A DNA stretch of 64,000 bases from Eledone cirrhosa (Eukaryota): NCBI GenBank assembly GCA_964016885.1, contig OZ024757.1, positions 39,308,001 to 39,372,000 on the forward strand. Direction: 5' to 3'. A model generated the notes under the pieces. It did no database searches, was not told the origin of the DNA, and worked only from the letters and a program-made list of their open reading frames with translations. Below, in pieces: positions 26,116 to 40,838 of this stretch (the stretch's first letter is position 1; the number at the start of each line of letters is the position of its first letter). The position numbers and the translations under genes were made by a program.

Positions 26116-27064
26116 ATTATATCATATTATTATTGATATTCGGTTTGTTTACAAGTAAACAGCCTCATAAAATACCACGTGATAGATGACAAACAAACCA
26201 AATATTAGTAATATTATGATATCATTATAATAGTATTATTCACTCAAGAATACATCTAGATATCCACCACGTTAAGAATGAAATACATTTATCTCCTCAA
26301 CCGCCACAGCGTGAGAGAAGATAAAACTAGTGACTATTCAAGATCTTATTACAGCAGGGATAATCCTGTATCTTGTTTCTTCCATATATGGACATTTCAA
26401 GTTAATGTTTGCAGGGAAAGCGTTATTGTAAATGGAACCCGGCTGGGGGCGTGTGAATAATTATCCCAACGAACATGATGGTGGTGTGAATTCAGGTGGC
26501 ATATTGAGTCTACAAATCATAAATGAAAGCTGGTTCCTCAGATTTCGTTGTATTACACCATGCTGGCAACTTTAATATAAATTGCCAACGTAACTTTAGT
26601 TCGCAAGCATTTTCTTTTCTGTTGTTCTTGTTTTTTTTTTTTTCTAAACAGAAAATCGATCATTTACAAGCTGACAAAAAAGAAGAATATGATGAAATGA
26701 ATTTAGTTTTTTTAACTCAGTTGGAATCTGAAAATATATTTCAAGTGGGACGTGATAATCATCTAATTCAATGTGATACATCGTCTTAAGAGCGAGATAA
26801 ACTGCAATGCGAAATATTATACACAACATAAGTGACTTAAATCAATCCGTTTATGTCAATATGAATTGTGATATATAGAAATATATTTTACTGGAAACTT
26901 TCAAAGCGATACAATATGGCAGTATCCAAGAGCATTCAAATGAAACATGTATTTGTATATAAAGTAAGTTTGTTTATGAACTATCAGGCTAACTTTGTTA
27001 GTTAAAATACGACGTAAGCTAATATTTCTACTTCACACCTTGTTTCATAAACAAATTGCTTTGT

Positions 27065-27104
<40 letters not shown>

Positions 27105-27108
<4 letters not shown>

Positions 27109-27172
27109 CCGGTTTACTTCGGATCTAGCTGTCGAAACGGCGGGAGCTCAGCCGTCGGGGTCTTGACTCATT
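27105..27172 (+). mobile_element. Short fragment of the GAGCTC-hairpin family
   Basis: ttcggatctagctgtcgaaacggcgggagctcagccgtcggggtc between TA repeats. Confidence 0.65.
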
Positions 27173-27687
27173 TGATATATATACTTGCTATACATATAGC
27201 TTCTAATTTGAGTAGAAGAAGGACGAGTGTTATAGGGGTGTAATATTAGCACAGTGGTCTGGATAAACAAAGATGTGGGTTCGATTCCAATGTACGTCAA
27301 ACTCATCCTTTATCCCATTCAGAGGGTTTTAAAAACATCCCCCTATCAGAATAACTTCGGTAGTCACAATACGAAATAAGCTTATGTGTCTACTTCATAT
27401 CTATTTGTATATTGAACCAGAAATACACGAGTATCACAGACAACTTTTATTGTTTTTCATCCGATTATGTTTGAGGCAATTGTAGTAAATTGACACTACT
27501 AATATTTATATATTTATATTGAATAAAATATAAATTTGGAGGATAAATTGCTACATGCAATTCCTATCCCAGATTAGCATTAGGTTTCCCTTAATAACAA
27601 TGGCATAATACATGACCAGTAAAGGGATGTGACACATTCAGCAAGCAAGCACACACACACATATATATAATAGGAGGGAGAGAGTCA

Positions 27688-27875
27688 TAATTGTTTCTAC
27701 TTTTGGCACAAGGCTAGCAATTACCCAGTGCATTACTGGTACTTTATTTTATCGACCCCGTAAGGATGAAAGGCAAAGTTAACATCGGCAGGATTTGAAC
27801 TCAGATCATAAAGGGCCGTAACTCTTTGCTGCAAAGCATGGCGTCCGACCCTCTACCGATACTGCCAATCCGCCG
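27688..27875 (-). mobile_element. SINE family 1 copy (antisense)
   Basis: Reverse complement of the family consensus. Confidence 0.85.
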
Positions 27876-28847
27876 ATGTGTTTGTATATATACATGTATA
27901 TATATATATATATGTGTGTATATATATGTACATGTATGTATGTATGTGTGTGTGTATGTGTACATGTATATGAACACATACATACACATATATTTCAGAG
28001 ACTTCATGTGGATTTATCACGGAAGATATTTGACACTATCAAATTTGTTCATGAGACAAAAATATTTATTTTTCTCTCATTTTATGGTTATTTACTTTAC
28101 TCTCTCTCTCTCTCTCTCGTAATATTCCACATCTTCAATATGAACTAGCAGCTGACACTGGAGTGTGTTTAACAAACTTTTCCTCCGCTACTCCGCTCAC
28201 ACACAGGCTTCAAATATCACAGGTACAGAATATCCCACTTGCATTGAAGAGACACAGTATGAGGCGAGGATATCTAATATCCCTTTCATTCGATTCGACT
28301 CACAAATCAACGAATACATTCGTCTAATATGAATATTAACGAAATGATTCGATTACCAGTTGTATCAAAATTCGATTTAGTTGCCATTAGTTTGGGGAGT
28401 TAATGAATAAAAGTCTTTCATATATGTTGACCAGAATGTAATTCAAAGAGAAATAGACTGTGCCAATATAAACTTAATGAAGGCCGAAGAAAAATAATAC
28501 TATTAAGATATGAATGTATTTGCAGAAATTTTGCAGACCATTCAGTAATTCATGTGAATCAAACATTTTTCATGTTTCAAAGAATTTAATTAACTGTGGC
28601 ATCTAACTATTCTGATTCTTAATCATGCGATTATATCCTATCTCTCGAGTTCAAATCACGTCGAAGTTAGCTTGGCCTCTCACCTTTCTCATGTCGATCA
28701 AATAAACTAAAACTAAACGTCAGTCAATTTCTTGGGTTGACTTCAACACATTTTACCGATACCTCCACACAATTGTTTGTCAGATATCGCTACTTGTTTG
28801 AAATTATAATTATAATCAACATTATTATTATTATTATTATTATTATA

Positions 28848-29065
28848 GGGCGTTGGATTAGCAGTATCGGTAGAGGGTCGGACTCCATGCTTTGCAGCAT
28901 AGAGTTACGGCCCTTTATGATCTGAGTTCAATTCCCGCCGAGGTTAACTCCGCCTTTCATCCTTACGGGGTCGATAAAATAAAGTACCAGTCACAAACTG
29001 AAGTCGATTTAATCGACTTCCCCCTCCTCCAAAATTGTTGGCCTTGTGCCTATATAAGAAACCAT
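28848..29065 (+). mobile_element. SINE family 1 copy (longer 3' variant)
   Basis: Family head and core plus the gtcgatttaatcgacttccccct segment. Confidence 0.85.
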
Positions 29066-29671
29066 TATTATTATTTAGACCGTGGGCGACAAATCGACTG
29101 AGCAACAAGATCAGTTGAATGGTAAGATCAGTTCAGCGGTTAGACGAAATTGTTTGCGCTATTTAACTCGTTACATTGCGTCCTAACTTTTATACCTGGA
29201 AGACGATCGTTGATTTTGTTGGTAGAATTATAGAAACCACCTTCATAGAGAAGGTTAATGAACAAAATGAAACATTTGATAACTCCAATGAAGGTTTATT
29301 GAACGAACAAGTCTATTAACTAACAGTTAATAGACTTATACCATCATCACGTTAAAGACCACTACCGGAGAACTAAGTGTCATTACAATGCTGTTCTAAG
29401 CATGCCATCTAATTTTTTTTATATTTGAACATGTATATATGTAGCAGACATTGCTAAATTCCGTTGAATTTCCCCTTATAATCTGAAGACAAACATAGTA
29501 AATTAAATCTATATCTACTCCTTAAATCGATCTATTTGCTCTCTGATGTTCAGGATGTATTATATATTAAAATTATGAAAACATTAACAAGCATACATAT
29601 ATGTGTATATATATATATATATACATATGTGTGTGTGTACATATACACGTATGTGGATATATAGATATTTG

Positions 29672-29720
<49 letters not shown>

Positions 29721-30319
29721 TATCCTCCAGGTAATTGAAATAATTCTACAAGTACACTCAAAACATATTTTATGTTCAAAATGTACACAAAAATAAAATG
29801 AAATAGAATGAAATGAAATAAAATAAAATAAACTCAAATTATAATATATTTTATCAAGAAAGAAAACTTTAGATATCACAAAGATTCATTAATGTAAAAC
29901 GTCAGACTATTTAGGAAAACTAAACTGAACTAAATTAAATAAAAACTGGAAAAATTCAGATAAACACATTATAGTATTGCATGTATTCGTTGTATTTATT
30001 GTTGTAATGCTTTCCTTTTATTCCTAAGCATGGCACTTTCAATTTCTTTCTTCTTGCATCAATAATAATAATAATATTTAAAGTAATATTAAAACTTGTG
30101 GCAGCTATTTAGAATTTTATTTTCCGACTATTTTCATATTACTTGCATTTTACTTTTGTAAAATACACACACATGCACATACTCGCTTATACACGCATAC
30201 ACACACACATACAAATATATACACGTATATACATATGTGTGTATACATATATATATATATATAGCATCATATTGTTATATTAAGTTATAGTATTGTATTG
30301 TATTATGTTACCTTATATC

Positions 30320-30355
<36 letters not shown>

Positions 30356-31282
30356 ATTTATTATAGATATTTTTTGAAGATCTCAGAACATTCGTTTTGG
30401 AATGATTTTAAAGAAGATAATTTTTCTCTTTTTAATTTCTCTATAATTTTCTACTTCATATATCAAAAATACTTTCTATTTTAAATCAAGAATTCCGCAT
30501 GATTTCCTTCTGATCATTTATTCATTCATATATCTATCTAACTATATATATATATATATGTATACAAACATACATACATATATATGTATATATATTTTGT
30601 GTGTGCGCATATATATGCGTATATATGTACGTATACATTGTAGTTGCAATATATGTCACTGTAGTTAATGCCTTTGAATCAGTTTGTTTGTTTGCATTGA
30701 GATTTACTGCATGCGACATACATATATATATATATATATATAGTTCTGTCTTTTTTCTATTTTGTTTTCTTTACAATCTTCATTTTTTTTTCCACTTCCT
30801 TCTGTATATTGTCTTTCTTTCTCTTCCTATAATTTATTTATTGTGTACAACTTTGAAAAGTAAGAAAATCGTATATTCGTTTGTTGGTTTATTTTCCTTA
30901 AATAATATCTAACTCAAAATGTGATTGCATGTCTATTTTATGTATCATTTTGAATATGTACTCCTATCTAACTATCATTACCATAGAAGAATGTGTATTA
31001 GCTGTTTATGTGTTCTTGCTCTTCCTTATAACACTTTATCTTTAAGTAACCCATATGTTTTCTTACTTTGTTCTAAACAGTTTTGTCTCTTCCTCTCGTG
31101 TTTCTCTCCATTGCATACAAGTACGTAGAATTCCTATTTCGTGTTTTGCATACATACATACACGTGCGTATTTACACCCTCACACATACATATATATTTA
31201 TGCCCTTGTGACATATATACGTTCATACAAGCGTACAAGCACGATTACATATATGCATACCAATGTACACGTATGCATTCAA

Positions 31283-31313
<31 letters not shown>

Positions 31314-31371
31314 GCATCGCAAGATATATTCTCTTATTAATACTCTCACACAAGGATGTCTATATATGTAG

Positions 31372-31413
<42 letters not shown>

Positions 31414-31485
31414 GGCTGGCAATACAAAATCACACACTTATATACACACATGTCTATTTGTATTTGCGTTGCCAGACGACTTATG

Positions 31486-31538
<53 letters not shown>

Positions 31539-31742
31539 GCAATGAAACATTTCAACTTATAACTTCATAGCAAACATTATTATTTTTGAGAACACACCAA
31601 GATTTATTCAAAAGATATAGACTTGCCAAAATGAAGATTGTTGTTTTACATCAAAGACAATAACTATAAGCGGTAAGACAGACATTTTACTCTGATCAAT
31701 TTATTTTATTATTAAACAGAACAGAAATGTATATACACAATG

Positions 31743-31784
<42 letters not shown>

Positions 31785-32275
31785 AATATATATATATATC
31801 TATATCTATATGTGTACATATATATATAGGTATGTATGGATGTATATATGTATGTATGTCTATGTATATATCTATATATCTATATGGATGTGTGTGTGTT
31901 TGTGTGTATATAACGAGTTAAATAGAAGGAATGGCATCAAAGAACACCACATTAACATAAGTGTATATTACTATATATATAAACGTGTCTATAGTTCTGA
32001 CATGAATATTCATGTATATATATATATACACATTTATATATATATATGAGTAGGAATGTGATATCATTATAGCATCATTACGTTTTTTCAACCAAATTAA
32101 TGTCTACATATATGTTTGTGTATATATATATATATATAATGAAATAAAACAGGGACGAGTGGTTACTCCTTCATTACGTTTATTGGCTGGGGACCGATCA
32201 GCTCAGGGTTCGATCTGTGTCTATCTAACCCGACTCTGCAATACACGGCTCGTCAGACCCTGTTAGTGGTAATGG

Positions 32276-32310
<35 letters not shown>

Positions 32311-32314
32311 ATGA

Positions 32315-32900
32315 AAATATTGTGTACAGTGCTCAGGTGCACTACAACTCATCAAAAGTGTATGTATAGTACATAGGGTAATGTACAAACGTCAGGAAAA
32401 TGAACAGCATGAGTCATGATATACATGTGTATGGGAGCGGGACATCAGGTGTAGTTTTGGCGAATTTCGGGAAGTATGAGGGTTTTAAAGGATGCATTTG
32501 TGGGTGTTTACCAAGTCCATTGCCAGACGTCGGCGCTTCAATGAATCCATGCCCAGGGAAGCAAGGCGTTCAGAGTATGGTAGGTGTCTGATGGAGGGTA
32601 TGCGCTTGGTTGCACGTCTCTGAACAGTTTCCAGGAGGTCAATGTTCTGAGCAAGATAGGAGTTACAAACTGATGATGCGAATTTGTGGTCGTACCATAG
32701 CTGTATATAGCTTTAAATAGATGGCGGGAGAGCGGCTGACAAAGGTCTTACTGAATGATGCCAAGACACCCTCGGCCTTCTTGACAATTTTGGAGATGTG
32801 CTTTGTCCAACTCAAATCGCTGCTGACAGTAATGCCCTGGTCACGTTCACAAGAGGACTACTTGATATCTGTGTTGTGGAGGGAGTATGTGGACGCTGGA
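32315..32900 (-). mobile_element. CR1/L2-type LINE 3' fragment (C-terminal part of the RT ORF, frameshifted)
   Basis: Minus-strand translation DLSWTKHISKIVKKA...LKLYTAMVRP / FASSVCNSYLAQNIDLLETVQRRATKRIPSIRHLPYSERLASLGMDSLKRRRLAMDL. Confidence 0.85.
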
Positions 32901-32939
32901 TTTTTCCTCCCAAAACACATACATATATACATTTGTACA

Positions 32940-33515
32940 TGGTGGCTGCCAACTCGTTTTCGAGTACGGCCAATATTTTATATCCATGTAGGAGAACCCC
33001 TACCGATGCTCTGAACGAGTGTGACTCTTTAGTCCGGCCAGCGACTTGAAAACTCTGGTACAAACACTACACTTGTGACAATTATTGACACATAGTGCTG
33101 GGCCCATGTGACAAGTGCAGAGAGATCTCCAGATACAAAGCAATACCTGTGCCGTGAAGCTTTTATAGTGAGCAAAGGCACTGCACAAAGCCAGTCCCAC
33201 TCTCTTAACCAAGATCATATTTACCAAAAAGAACAAGTCAACATCATTGGATACCATCAGGGTTGCAGGTGTTATATCAGAGTTTTCCTTCTCCTAGAAT
33301 TCTGCCTTGACAAAGGCTAAGGGGTCATCTCTCCCGGTGATTTTGGATGGCCATTGACTCTTAAGAGCTCTTCTGTCCTTTGACAGGTTTCGTTTTTAGT
33401 CCTGCAGGATGTCCAAAGTCACCCTCCTCACCAGGAAACCTTGGTGGGCTTGCCAGTTTAGTCGCCAATGACCAGACCATGAGACAGGTTGTACTGGGAT
33501 ATATGTTACCAGTAG
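32940..33515 (-). mobile_element. Non-autonomous RTE-derived element (inverted copy of 13932-14505)
   Basis: Reverse-complement near-identity; the ORF track shows the same peptides on opposite strands (14125-14364 vs 33108-33320). Confidence 0.8.
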
Positions 33516-34065
33516 TACCAACTGGTGACCTGACATAATTGTACATACATACATACATATATACATACATACATACTCGTGTGCAATGCTCTGAATAACC
33601 TCACATACTCTCGTCTCTTCTTTCCTTCTCTCTATCCCTTATCTTTACATTTTATCTTCTACTCTTCTATATTTTACCATTCTTTAATCACTACTATTAC
33701 TAATACCATTGCTGCTACTACTTCTACAACTATTCTCTTACTACTAACCTATCATATTGTCACTAACTCTCTCCATGTTTCAAGCATGGATATTTTTGCA
33801 GCAATAAATATGTATGATATGAAACTGCATGTTAATAAAATGCTCGAAATATTTAATTAATCATCCTTCAGTAGCCTCCATTCCAGCTCCTATATATGTG
33901 TCGTACATTCTAATGTCTGTTTGGTGATGTCATTCTAATATATATATATATATGTATATATATATATGTATATATATTACTAACTCAACAAAAATCAACA
34001 ACTAATTTTTCAACTCAAATATAAAAGTAAGAACTTAGATATCTGAGACATTTAAAAATAAATTC

Positions 34066-34100
<35 letters not shown>

Positions 34101-35146
34101 ATTAAATAAAATAAAATTATGAATTGACATCTGGTATTTCTAAATCCCAATATTATTTGGCTAATAAAATTTAAATAAATAAACCAAATTAAATTTTAAG
34201 TATAGCATATATATAAATATATATATATAATGTATATATATATATATATATAATGTATGTATATATTTATATATATATATAATGTATATATATATATATA
34301 TATATAATGTATGTATATATTTATATATATATATAATGTATGTATATATTTATATATATAAATAGCGTTCCTTTTTCGAATGGTATCAATTTGGCTACAA
34401 ATTATATGCCATATATAATATAGATATTTTTAAATGATGATATATAAGACACCTTTCAATAAAGTACAAATTAGCCCGTTACTCTTAGTTTGTATACTTA
34501 AATCCAACTAAAATCCTAAGAGCTTGAGCATATTTTAAGTAAAGGCCTGAGAGCATTTACTTATATATTTTCTTAAAGTACGAAGATGGTGATAAAACGA
34601 AACGAAAAAATAAATTAAGATTACAGAATTTCAAGAGAAACATGCTTATTCCTATTTGTTTGTTAATGAAATGATATATAAAATAGATGTGTAATATTTA
34701 TATCAATTACTGAATAATATTGTCCTCTTTACCTGTGTTATATATATGCATGTACATTTCCACACATCCTCACATACATGTATATATATGTGTGTGTGTA
34801 TACGACTAAATATATGTATGTATGTATGTATATATATACATCTATTATATACATATGTGTGTATATGTGTGTATATATATATATGCATATGTCTATATAT
34901 GTATATGTCTATATATATATGTGTGTGTGTATATATATATATATATGTGGGTGTGTATATATGTGTGTATGAAACTAATCTAATTAACCTTTTCCTCCCA
35001 CAGCTTATCTTGGCATGTTTCTTTTTATACTTAAACATTCTTTTTTCTATTTATATATTTATTTATTAACATATTTCAATTCCTTTTCACTAACGATATA
35101 TAATAAATACACTCATACACATATATTTCATATATATATATATATT

Positions 35147-35178
<32 letters not shown>

Positions 35179-36124
35179 GACTTTTGATTTATCCCAGGTA
35201 ATTATATTACTTTTTTCAAATGTTCTCATGAAAATATAAATATATGTATATATATATATATATATATTTATATTATATTTTTGTGCCCTTGTTTTAAAAA
35301 TATCTTGAAATACATATCAAATTCCATTTAAAATGTACATACATGTTATTGTTATACGGTGTAATTTTAATTTCCTTTCATTTTCCAGTGAATATTTTTA
35401 AAGATAATGCTAATTTTCCTGCGTGTGATTGTTTTCCCCTAATTTCTGTTTATTTTATATTCCAAAAAATATTTATTTTTCTATATAACCAATGCAAATG
35501 CTTATCTTCCCAAGGACATTAAACCCTGTAAGTTATATCCAGTTTGCTATAATAACAAAACCCTTATTACAAAATCTTTCTACTTTACATTCTATAATCA
35601 CATGGACATCGCTCCTTAATCTATGAAATATGGCAGTTCAATTCCTGACCTTGCGGAGATAATTAAATTTTCCATACATCATTATATTTAATATAATAAT
35701 TATTTACAAAAGCCATGCTCTATGGAAAATAATTCGGTTGTAAATATATTTAAAATATGTTTGTTTTTGCTGTCGTTACGAACAAAATCGTTTTCAAAAG
35801 TATGCTATGATTGTTGTTAGATTTTTCTCTTATTTTCTCATCCTCTTTGCTGTTGTGTTGTTGAACAAAATACACTTATAACAATTAGTTACGTCCCTAT
35901 ACTTTAACAAAAGTCCTGTCACGTTCAGCTTTGGATTCCTTTCCAAAGGATCGATAAAATGCGTGCTACTAATCTGAATGTTTGTCCTTATGCTAGAGAT
36001 CTATATCATAACCATCCTAATCATCATCATCGCCAACACGAAATCGATACCAAACAAAACCACTTAAATTTTGGTTTCAATCTCAGCATGATATACTTTC
36101 TTTGATAACTCTTTAAGACTAGAC

Positions 36125-36779
36125 ATATATATTATATATATATATATATATTATATATATTATATATATATATTATATATATATATATATTATATATTAT
36201 ATATATATATTATATATATATATTATATATATATATTATATATATATTATATATTATATATATATTATATATATATATTATATATTATATTATATATATA
36301 TTATATTATATATATATTATATTATATATATATTATATTATATATATATTATATTATATATATATTATATTATATATATATTATATTATATATATATTAT
36401 ATTATATTATATATTATATTATATATTATATATTATATTATATATATAATATATTATATATTATATATATAATATATTATATATTATATATATAATATAT
36501 TATATATTATATATATATATATTATATATTATATTATATATATATTATATATTATATTATATATATATTATATTATATATTATATTATATATATATTATA
36601 TATTATATTATATATATATTATATATTATATTATATTTATATTATATATTATATTATATATATATTATATATTATATTATATATTATATTATATATATAT
36701 TATATTATATATTATTTTATATATATATTATATATTATATTATATATATATTATATTATATATTATATATATATTATAT

Positions 36780-36833
<54 letters not shown>

Positions 36834-36835
36834 AT
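36125..36835. repeat. Pure AT degenerate microsatellite (TATAT/TA)
   Basis: Direct reading. Confidence 0.95.
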
Positions 36836-37290
36836 GTGTGTAGAATAAAACGTTTTCGAATAGGAAAATAGATACAGGTGGGTGAAGAAATTATGACAGC
36901 TCAAAATATGAGATTTATAACAGAAAACTACTCAGAAGGCTACATATAACTCCATTTGTATGAACTCCTTTATCCGGATGTTTAAATATACTCATAAAGC
37001 AAATATTATCTTTCGTTGTTTCAATGTAATATTTGCTCTATGTGCGATATATATATAAGCTTTTTACATTCACATGATTTATTGATTTATTGATATTTTA
37101 TCTGAGTGACCCGAATCTTCCTGATCGTAATTTTTCGGTCGTATGGTTGATTTTAGACATAATCTATGTGTGTTGGTATTTTAACGATAGTTATAGCTCT
37201 GATTTATCTGAATTATTGAGCCCTCTGCCACTCATGTCGAATTTTGTTTATCGTGAACTCGTGCGCCGATTTTTCGATACTCGATTATTC

Positions 37291-37341
<51 letters not shown>

Positions 37342-37584
37342 TTGGAAGAACAGAAAGATAAAATGTACCTAACTTTTCTTCTTAGTCTAGAGAAATTACT
37401 AAATAAATAATCAATTAATCGGGGCTAAATTTATATTATAAGCATGAAGAAAAAATTGACAAATATAGACCGAATAATTCTTCCAGCACCATATATATGT
37501 AAGAATATTTTCGAAACAGCGAGTGGGTTTGAAATTATTAGAAATGTAAGTTATCGCCGTATTTTGACTAAAGAAATTAAAGAA

Positions 37585-37632
37585 ATTATTTAGCCTGATT
37601 GTGGGGTTAACCCCACAATCAGGCTAAATAAT
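37585..37632. repeat. Perfect 48-bp palindrome
   Basis: attatttagcctgattgtggggtt|aaccccacaatcaggctaaataat, adjacent to a TA tract. Confidence 0.95.
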
Positions 37633-38313
37633 ATAATATAATATAATAATATATATATATATATATACATATATATACATAACTAAAAAATAGCTTATTT
37701 TCCCCACAAATTTATCTTTATTCACCGATAAACCTTTGTCAGAACCTACTGGTGTCTTTTTTAGAAGATGGCAGGATATGTTTGATGATATATTTTGTCG
37801 GTAAGACAAAATGTTTATGACCGGTATAGTGTTGATCAAAGCTCATTTTAATCAAGTTTAACCTGGGGTTAAATATACAACAAAAGCAATGCTATAATAA
37901 CCAACAAAGAGAAGAAATTGGAATAAAATAATAAAATAATAAAATATATACTTAAAAAAAACACATTGACCTGTCTGCTTAGCTAGTAACAATCGACAAC
38001 GACATCAAACCATGTTAAACATTTATTATACATAGCTGTTGTTGCATTCGATTTCACACATAGAAAACAACGTAGACATAAAGACAAGGAAATATGATAT
38101 ATTATTTACAAAACTTGCATGCGTTATGTTTATAGATAAGATGACATAAATCGAAGACATGGTTGGATAGCGGCAAAAACATGAGACTAATGTCTATTGA
38201 AGTAGGCTTTCACTGTTTGTTTCGTGTTTGTTTTATAGTCTTTATGTTATAGTGTGAAATATCTTTAAACAAAACATTGAAAGACAAAGGAAAGGATAAA
38301 AACAAAAATACTA

Positions 38314-38345
<32 letters not shown>

Positions 38346-38362
38346 ATATATATATGTGTATT

Positions 38363-38397
<35 letters not shown>

Positions 38398-38837
38398 ATA
38401 TATATATGTGTATTTATATATATATATATGTATGTGTGTATATATATATATATGTGTATTTATATATATATATATATATGTATGTGTGTATATATATATA
38501 TGTGTATTTATATATATATATATGTATGTGTGTATATATATATATGTGTATTTATATATATATATATATGTATGTGTGTATATATATATATATGTGCATT
38601 TATATATATATATATGTATGTGTGTGTGTATATATATATATATGTGCATTTATATATATATATATGTATGTGTGTGTGTATATATATATATGTGTGTATT
38701 TATATATATATATATTTATGTGTGTATTTATATATATATATATTTATGTGTGTATATATATATATATATATATGTGTGTATTTATAGATATATATATGTA
38801 TATGTGTATTTATATATATACACACACACACACATAC

Positions 38838-38881
<44 letters not shown>

Positions 38882-39410
38882 TAACTGAACTAAAAAAACA
38901 CGTTACTGTCCGAAATATTTAACTTCAAAGACTGGAAAAACAAAATTTTAGTCGCCGAATTTATTGCAGTTAGTGTAATCTATTGCCTACTTTAAACACC
39001 CACACACACACATATATATGTGTGTGTGTGTATATATATATATCTGTGTGTGTGCGCGCGCTGGGCGTGTTTATATGTATAATTATCTATGTATCACGTT
39101 TTGAAGAGAGGAAAGTATTTATATATGTATATATATATATATATATAAATAAAGTGTGTGCATAAGACAAGCACAGGTAAACACTGGGGCCCACACATAC
39201 ATTTTAGTTGTATATAAATACACGTATATAGGTGGGTATACAGATAGATATGAGTTCGTGTGTTTGTGAGTGAATTCACCCGTTTCTTAATTAATGTTTA
39301 GCTATCTGTACCTCTATCTAATATTTCACGAGTAGCTATACATAGGATCATTCACACACATGCACATTTACACACTCACACAAACATATATGTGTATGTG
39401 TGTGAGTCTT

Positions 39411-39436
<26 letters not shown>

Positions 39437-39441
<5 letters not shown>

Positions 39442-39619
39442 AGATTCAGGACACCTATGGCTGAGCTCCAGCCGTTTCGAGAGCTAGATCCGAACTAACT
39501 CTCGAAACGGCCGGAGCTCAGCCATCGGGGTCCTGAATATTTTTATATTACCCACTGTACTACCCCAAGTATCGAGTACTCTGGTGTGTTATGGCCCACC
39601 TGGTATCATACCACAGCCT

Positions 39620-39624
<5 letters not shown>
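39437..39624 (+). mobile_element. GAGCTC-hairpin family copy with inverted 5' segment, in (TA)n
   Basis: tgaaaagattcaggac...ggctgagctc is folded back against gaaacggccggagctcagccatcggggtcctgaat, followed by the family tail. Confidence 0.75.
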
Positions 39625-39663
<39 letters not shown>

Positions 39664-40539
39664 TGATTTGAGCGATCGAGTTGAACGTCTTAGATTTCAG
39701 TGTCATTATTTAATGCATTTGTTTATAAAGAGATATAGCTGTAGTTAATGAGGGCTGTGAGGAAATTAATAGAATATATTTGCAATGAATGCGTGTATAT
39801 AGGAATTAACGAGCAAGTGGCTGAGCATTTCACAGATTCGCGTACAGTTAACATAGTTCTCAGGAGATTCAGTGAGGCACAGAATGTGACAAGGTTGGTC
39901 TTTCGAATCACAAATACAACACATTTTGTTAGGTGAGTTGACTGGGAGCAACGTGAGATAAATTGTCTTTCTCATAGACACAATACGCCACCGAGAATCG
40001 AACTTACGGTCTTTCGATCCTAAGCTGAATTACCTAACTACCAATCTTCGCACCTTCACAATTAACACTTAATAATTTCTGGCTTAAACGCATTCAGTGA
40101 CATACGACCAACATATCTACAGTTGTTTTAGTTCTGTATTTAACGTATTTATCCTCTCCTTGATCAAATGCTTTTGTCAGTTGGAACCATTTGGGATGAA
40201 CTCTGGCAAATTAATCTTACTTATTTTACTAACATTGGTCAAACTTGGAGGAGGATATGACTAGTTTTCGCTGACTTCTTATTCCGGACACAACGTGTCT
40301 CATTTTTATAATGGAGTAAGACACATTATCATTATTTCTGCGTGAGTTGACACATTAGTTTCCGCTCTCTTCTTCCTATTTAGTTTCCGCTCTCTTCTTC
40401 CTATTTAGTTTATCCTTCATTCCTTCCCTAATTTAAATTATCTTAACCTATTGAAGATAGGTATTCTTCTCCTGCCTTTTCTTCTTCTTCACTCTCTTCT
40501 TTTTCTTTATCTTCTTCTTTGTCTCCTCCTTATTCACCA

Positions 40540-40820
40540 CCACCCTTTTCTTCGTTGTTCTTCTTTCGCCTTCTTCTTCGCCTTCTTCTACGCCTTCTTT
40601 TCGCCTTCTTCTTCGCCTTCCTCTTCTTCGCCTTCTTCTTCTTCTTCGCCTTCTTCTTCTTCGCCTTCTTCTTCTTCGCCCTCTTCTTCTTCGCCCTCTT
40701 CTTCTTCGCCTTTGTTCTTCTCCTTCTTCTTCTTCGCCTTTGTTCTTCTCCTTCTTCTTCTTCTTTCTTCTTCTTCATCTTCTTCATCTTCTTCGCCTTC
40801 TTTGTCTTCTTCTTCTTCCA
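40540..40820. repeat. (TTC)n/TTCGCC trinucleotide-derived repeat
   Basis: Direct reading. Confidence 0.9.
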
Positions 40821-40838
40821 CTTATCCCTTATTCCATG

